From an uncultured Gemmatimonadales bacterium (lineage in GTDB: Bacteria; Gemmatimonadota; Gemmatimonadetes; Gemmatimonadales; GWC2-71-9), in assembly GCA_963844035.1 (NCBI GenBank), contig CAWJMT010000037.1, positions 258,326-322,325 of the forward strand: a stretch of DNA of 64,000 nt, given 5' to 3'. Shown one piece after another: positions 60,612 through 64,000 of the stretch. Made by a program: the position numbers and the translations under genes. Each line of letters begins with the position of its first letter. Position 1 is the first letter of the stretch. Below the pieces are notes generated by a model. That model was given only the letters and a program-made list of their open reading frames with translations. It had not been told where the DNA came from and made no database searches.

Positions 60612-60625
60612 GGAGGGACCGAAAC

Positions 60626-61204
60626 ATGAAACACGCACTCGTCATTCTCACCGCATTGTTCCTGGGTACCGCACCCACCGTTGCGCACGCGCAGTTCGGC
60701 ATCAAGGGCGGCGTGTCCTTCGGCAACGTTTCCAACTCGGGACTCCTGCCCGGGGAACTCGATCAGCGCACGGGTTTTGCCGTCGGCATCGCGTTGACTC
60801 CGAAGGCCGGTCTCCTCGGCCTGGGCGTGGAAGCACTGTACGCGCAACGAGGGGTTGAAAGCAGCACCCCGGGCGCGTCGCACGAGCTGAACTATGCCGA
60901 CGTGCCTGCCTATCTCCAGGTGTCCCTCCCGCTGGCCGGCCTGATGCCGTTCGCCTATGCCGGTCCCCAGATCTCCTTCGAGCTGTCGTGCAAGACGGGC
61001 ACGGGCGACTGTCCCGACGACGACCGCCCCAAGACCACGTATGCCGCCGTGCTCGGTGGCGGTGTGCGCATCGGCGCGAAGAGCGCGTTTACCATCGAGG
61101 GACGCTACGTGTACGGCCTCACGGACCTGAAACTGAGCACCATCACGAGCTCCGAGAGCTACCAGAGCCGCTCCTTCCTGATTCTGGCGGGGTTCGCTTT
61201 CTAG
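60626..61204 (+). CDS. Outer-membrane beta-barrel protein (PorT/OMP_b-brl_2-like)
   Basis: Signal peptide AHA-Q, FGIKGG, LNYADVP, YAGPQ, EGRYVYGLT and terminal Phe. Confidence 0.85.
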   Translation: MKHALVILTALFLGTAPTVAHAQFGIKGGVSFGNVSNSGLLPGELDQRTGFAVGIALTPKAGLLGLGVEALYAQRGVESSTPGASHELNYADVPAYLQVSLPLAGLMPFAYAGPQISFELSCKTGTGDCPDDDRPKTTYAAVLGGGVRIGAKSAFTIEGRYVYGLTDLKLSTITSSESYQSRSFLILAGFAF

Positions 61205-61273
61205 TCGTTTTTCCGACCCTCACCTGAGGTGATCGGCTACCTTTAGACGATCGGGGGCCGCTAGCTTGGCGGA

Positions 61274-61957
61274 ATGGTTCTCCGTCTCGCTGAGCACGCC
61301 CAACGGGACCGCCCGCGGGAGCGTTTCTGGTCCCTCGGGGCCGCCGCGTTGACGGCGCAAGAGCTCCTGGCCATAGTCTTGGGAACGGGCTGCGCGGGAC
61401 GGGATGCGTTGATGGTCGCCGGAGCACTGCTGGGCCGGGCCGAGGGGTCGCTCCGGCGGCTCGCCGCACGGCCGCCGGCGGAGTTGGCTGGTGTGCCGGG
61501 CGTCGGACGCGGCAAGGCCGCGCGCGTCGTGGCGGCCCTCGAGCTGGGGCGTCGGGCGGGGGCGGAGGAGACTCCGGTCCCGGAGCGCATCCGTGGCCCC
61601 GCGGACGTGCACCGCTACTACGCGGTGCGGCTACGCGACCTCCCGGTCGAGGAGTTTCACGTGCTCGCGCTTGGCAGCCAGAGTCAGGTTCAGGGCGACC
61701 TCCTGATCACCCGTGGCATCCTGAACAGCTCGCTGGTGCACCCGCGGGAGGTGTTCCGCGCGGCCATCGCGGAAGCGGCGGCGGGGATCATCGTCGTTCA
61801 TAACCATCCGAGCGGCGACCCGACGCCCTCGGCCGACGACCGCGCGGTGACGCGACAGCTGGTGGAGGCGGGGCGCCTCCTGGATGTCCCGGTGCACGAC
61901 CACGTGATTGTCGGAGGCGATCGCTACGTGAGTTTTGCCGAGGCGGGATTGCTGTGA
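61274..61957 (+). CDS. radC: RadC-like JAB-domain protein
   Basis: RPRER, ELLAIVLGTG, VHPREVF, HNHPSGDPTPSADD and DHVIVG. Confidence 0.93.
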   Translation: MVLRLAEHAQRDRPRERFWSLGAAALTAQELLAIVLGTGCAGRDALMVAGALLGRAEGSLRRLAARPPAELAGVPGVGRGKAARVVAALELGRRAGAEETPVPERIRGPADVHRYYAVRLRDLPVEEFHVLALGSQSQVQGDLLITRGILNSSLVHPREVFRAAIAEAAAGIIVVHNHPSGDPTPSADDRAVTRQLVEAGRLLDVPVHDHVIVGGDRYVSFAEAGLL

Positions 61958-64000
61958 CGAGTACCCTGCCGATGCTCGCGCCCGAGCTGGCCCAGGCGGT
62001 GGCGGCGCACCGGGAGCGCCTGGACCTGGACCTGCTGGCGCGCGCCTACCGCGTCAGCGCGCAGGCGCACCACGGCCAGAAGCGCGTCTCGGGCGACGAC
62101 TTCCTGTCTCACAGCGTTGCGGTCGCCACGCTGCTCGCCGACCTCCAGATGGACTCGACTACGATCGCCGCCGCCTTGCTGCACGACGTGGTGGAAGACT
62201 CCGACGTGTCGCTGGATCAGATCCGTCACGATTTCGGCACCGAAGTCGCGGACCTGGTGGACGGGCTCACCAACCTGTCGTCGCTGACCTTCCGGTCGAG
62301 CGTCGAAGCGCAGGCGGAGAACTACCGCAAGCTCCTGCTGTCGGTCGCGAAGGACGCGCGCGTCATCATCATCAAGCTCGCCGATCGGCTGCACAACATG
62401 CGGACGCTCGAGCACCTCGACGTCGAGCGGCAGCGACGCATCGCCATGGAAACCCGCGAGATCTATGCGCCGCTGGCGCATCGGTTCGGCATGGCGGGCG
62501 TGAAAGCGGAGCTCGAGGACCTCGCGTTCAAGTTTCTCGAGCCCGACGACTACCGTTCGCTGTCGCGGCAGGTGAAGGCCAAGAAGGCGGCGCGCGAGCG
62601 CACCATCGAGCGCCTCCGGAGTCCGCTCGTCGACGAGGTGTCGGCTGCGGGCCTCACCGGGTTCGAGGTCACCGGACGGCCCAAGAATCTCTGGTCCATT
62701 TACAAGAAGATGAAAAAGCGGGGCAAGCCGTTCGAGGAGATCTACGACCTGCTGGCCGTGCGCGTGCTCGTGAACAGCATCCCGGAGTGCTATCACGTGC
62801 TCGGCGTCATCCACCACAAGTGGACGCCGCTCCAGGAGCGTATCAAGGACTATATCGCGAGTCCGAAGTCGAACGGCTACCAGTCGCTGCATACGACGAT
62901 CTTCGGACCGGCGGGGCAGCTGTACGAGATCCAGATCCGGACGCGCGAGATGCACCGCACGGCCGAGTATGGCATCGCCGCGCACTGGCTGTATACCGAG
63001 CGGCGTGGCGCCGACGAGATGGACCGTCACCTGGCGTGGTTCCGGCAGCTCATCGAGCTGCAGCAGGATGCGCACACCCCCGAGGAGTTCCTCGAGTTCC
63101 TGAAGATCGACCTGTACCAGGACGAGATCTTCGTCTTCACCCCCCGGGGCGACGTCAAGCGCCTCCCCAAGGGCGCCACACCCATCGACTTCGCGTTTGC
63201 CGTCCACACCGAGGTCGGCCAGCACTGCCAGGGTGCCCGCATCAATGGACGCATCGCGCCGCTCCACCGGCCGCTGAAGAACGGCGACACCGTGGAGATC
63301 CTCACCAGTGCGCAGGCGAAACCGTCCCGGGACTGGCTGGCGCACATTCACACCGCGCGCGCCCGCCACAAGATCCGGCAGTGGACCAAGCAGGAGGAGC
63401 ACGCGCAGAGCCTGTCGATCGGTCGCGACATGCTGGCGCGCGAGGTACAGCGCCGGCGGCTTGCTCCGCTCGACGACGAGCGCCTCGCCAAAGCCGCCGC
63501 CACCCTGTCTGTGGGGAGCGGCGAGCAGCTCCAGGCGGCGCTCGGGAGCGGTGACTTGCCGATCGGCCAGGCGATGCGCGCCTTGTACCCGGAGGTGTCG
63601 GCGGACGATCTGCAGCCGACCAAGCCCACCGGGTTCGGGAGGGTCATCCAGCGCCTGCGGCTCGGGCGCGGGATCAAGATTCAGGGTGTGGATGGGCTGA
63701 TGGTGCGGTATGCGCAGTGCTGCCAGCCCGTGCCGGGGGACAGCGTGGTGGGCTATGTGACGCAGGGAAGGGGCGTCTCGATCCATCGGGGCGACTGCCC
63801 GAACCTCTTGACCCTGTCGACCGAGGCCGAGCGTCGGGTCGACATCGACTGGCAGGAGTCGGAAGGCGAGACCTTCGTCGTGCGGCTGGCGGTGAGCGGG
63901 GAGGACCGGCGCGGTCTCTACGCCGACATTTGTGCGGCGATCACCGCGGCCGATACCAGCATCCGGTCGGCCGAGCTCTCGACCCGGGATGGCGCCGTCT
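61954..64000 (+). CDS. spoT: Bifunctional (p)ppGpp synthetase/hydrolase (partial, runs off the window)
   Basis: Manual translation from GTG 61954: AHHGQKRVSG, ALLHDVVED (intact HD), KLADRLHNMRTL, YQSLHTT, TGS domain FAFAVHTEVG, AQCCQPVPGD and the start of the ACT domain. Confidence 0.93.
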   Translation, partial: MTSTLPMLAPELAQAVAAHRERLDLDLLARAYRVSAQAHHGQKRVSGDDFLSHSVAVATLLADLQMDSTTIAAALLHDVVEDSDVSLDQIRHDFGTEVADLVDGLTNLSSLTFRSSVEAQAENYRKLLLSVAKDARVIIIKLADRLHNMRTLEHLDVERQRRIAMETREIYAPLAHRFGMAGVKAELEDLAFKFLEPDDYRSLSRQVKAKKAARERTIERLRSPLVDEVSAAGLTGFEVTGRPKNLWSIYKKMKKRGKPFEEIYDLLAVRVLVNSIPECYHVLGVIHHKWTPLQERIKDYIASPKSNGYQSLHTTIFGPAGQLYEIQIRTREMHRTAEYGIAAHWLYTERRGADEMDRHLAWFRQLIELQQDAHTPEEFLEFLKIDLYQDEIFVFTPRGDVKRLPKGATPIDFAFAVHTEVGQHCQGARINGRIAPLHRPLKNGDTVEILTSAQAKPSRDWLAHIHTARARHKIRQWTKQEEHAQSLSIGRDMLAREVQRRRLAPLDDERLAKAAATLSVGSGEQLQAALGSGDLPIGQAMRALYPEVSADDLQPTKPTGFGRVIQRLRLGRGIKIQGVDGLMVRYAQCCQPVPGDSVVGYVTQGRGVSIHRGDCPNLLTLSTEAERRVDIDWQESEGETFVVRLAVSGEDRRGLYADICAAITAADTSIRSAELSTRDGAV

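Noticed and set aside
61274..61957. radC as a marker of a mobile element
   Set aside because: It is the full-length chromosomal type with an N-terminal HhH region, coupled to spoT, with no integrase or mobility genes nearby.

Overview
High-GC bacterial chromosomal segment of mostly core genes. The gene content and order suggest Gemmatimonadota, but this is inference with no search run. More than 20 genes, including essential ones (carB, secA, murB, pyrF, nadD), carry single-base frame breaks. I read these as uncorrected long-read indels and reconstructed the genes across them, so some ends are approximate. From left to right: a peptidoglycan-salvage cluster (symporter end, AmiE-like hydrolase, NagZ, NamZ); an accessory block of lipoproteins, DUF305 + LVIVD and CsbD; a pgsA-like/ino1/cupredoxin/copA operon with convergent copZ; 2-oxoacid dehydrogenase E1a/E1b/E2 and a long mixed operon (PHP, peroxiredoxin, SDRs, trxB, MBL, flippase-like, aspartase/fumarase); an Rrf2-led sulfur-relay operon (rhodanese, cysteine synthase, JAB protease, ubiquitin-like-E1-rhodanese fusion); tRNA-Leu(CAG); smpB-amidase-pyrD-pyrF; a free-standing rpmJ-rplQ operon; rpmB; nucleotide-sugar genes interleaved with carB and murB; TPR-TPR-bamD-nadD-secA; a beta-barrel, radC and a partial relA/spoT. 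No transposase, integrase, prophage or CRISPR array was seen. The best leads are the JAB/Ubl-E1 fusion operon, a family of 7-8-mer inverted tandem repeats found both between and inside genes, the DUF305-LVIVD pair near copper genes, a palindromic head-to-head start shared by nagZ and namZ, a Cys4 insertion in SecA, a highly structured 250-nt intergenic region and recurrent leaderless-type promoters.
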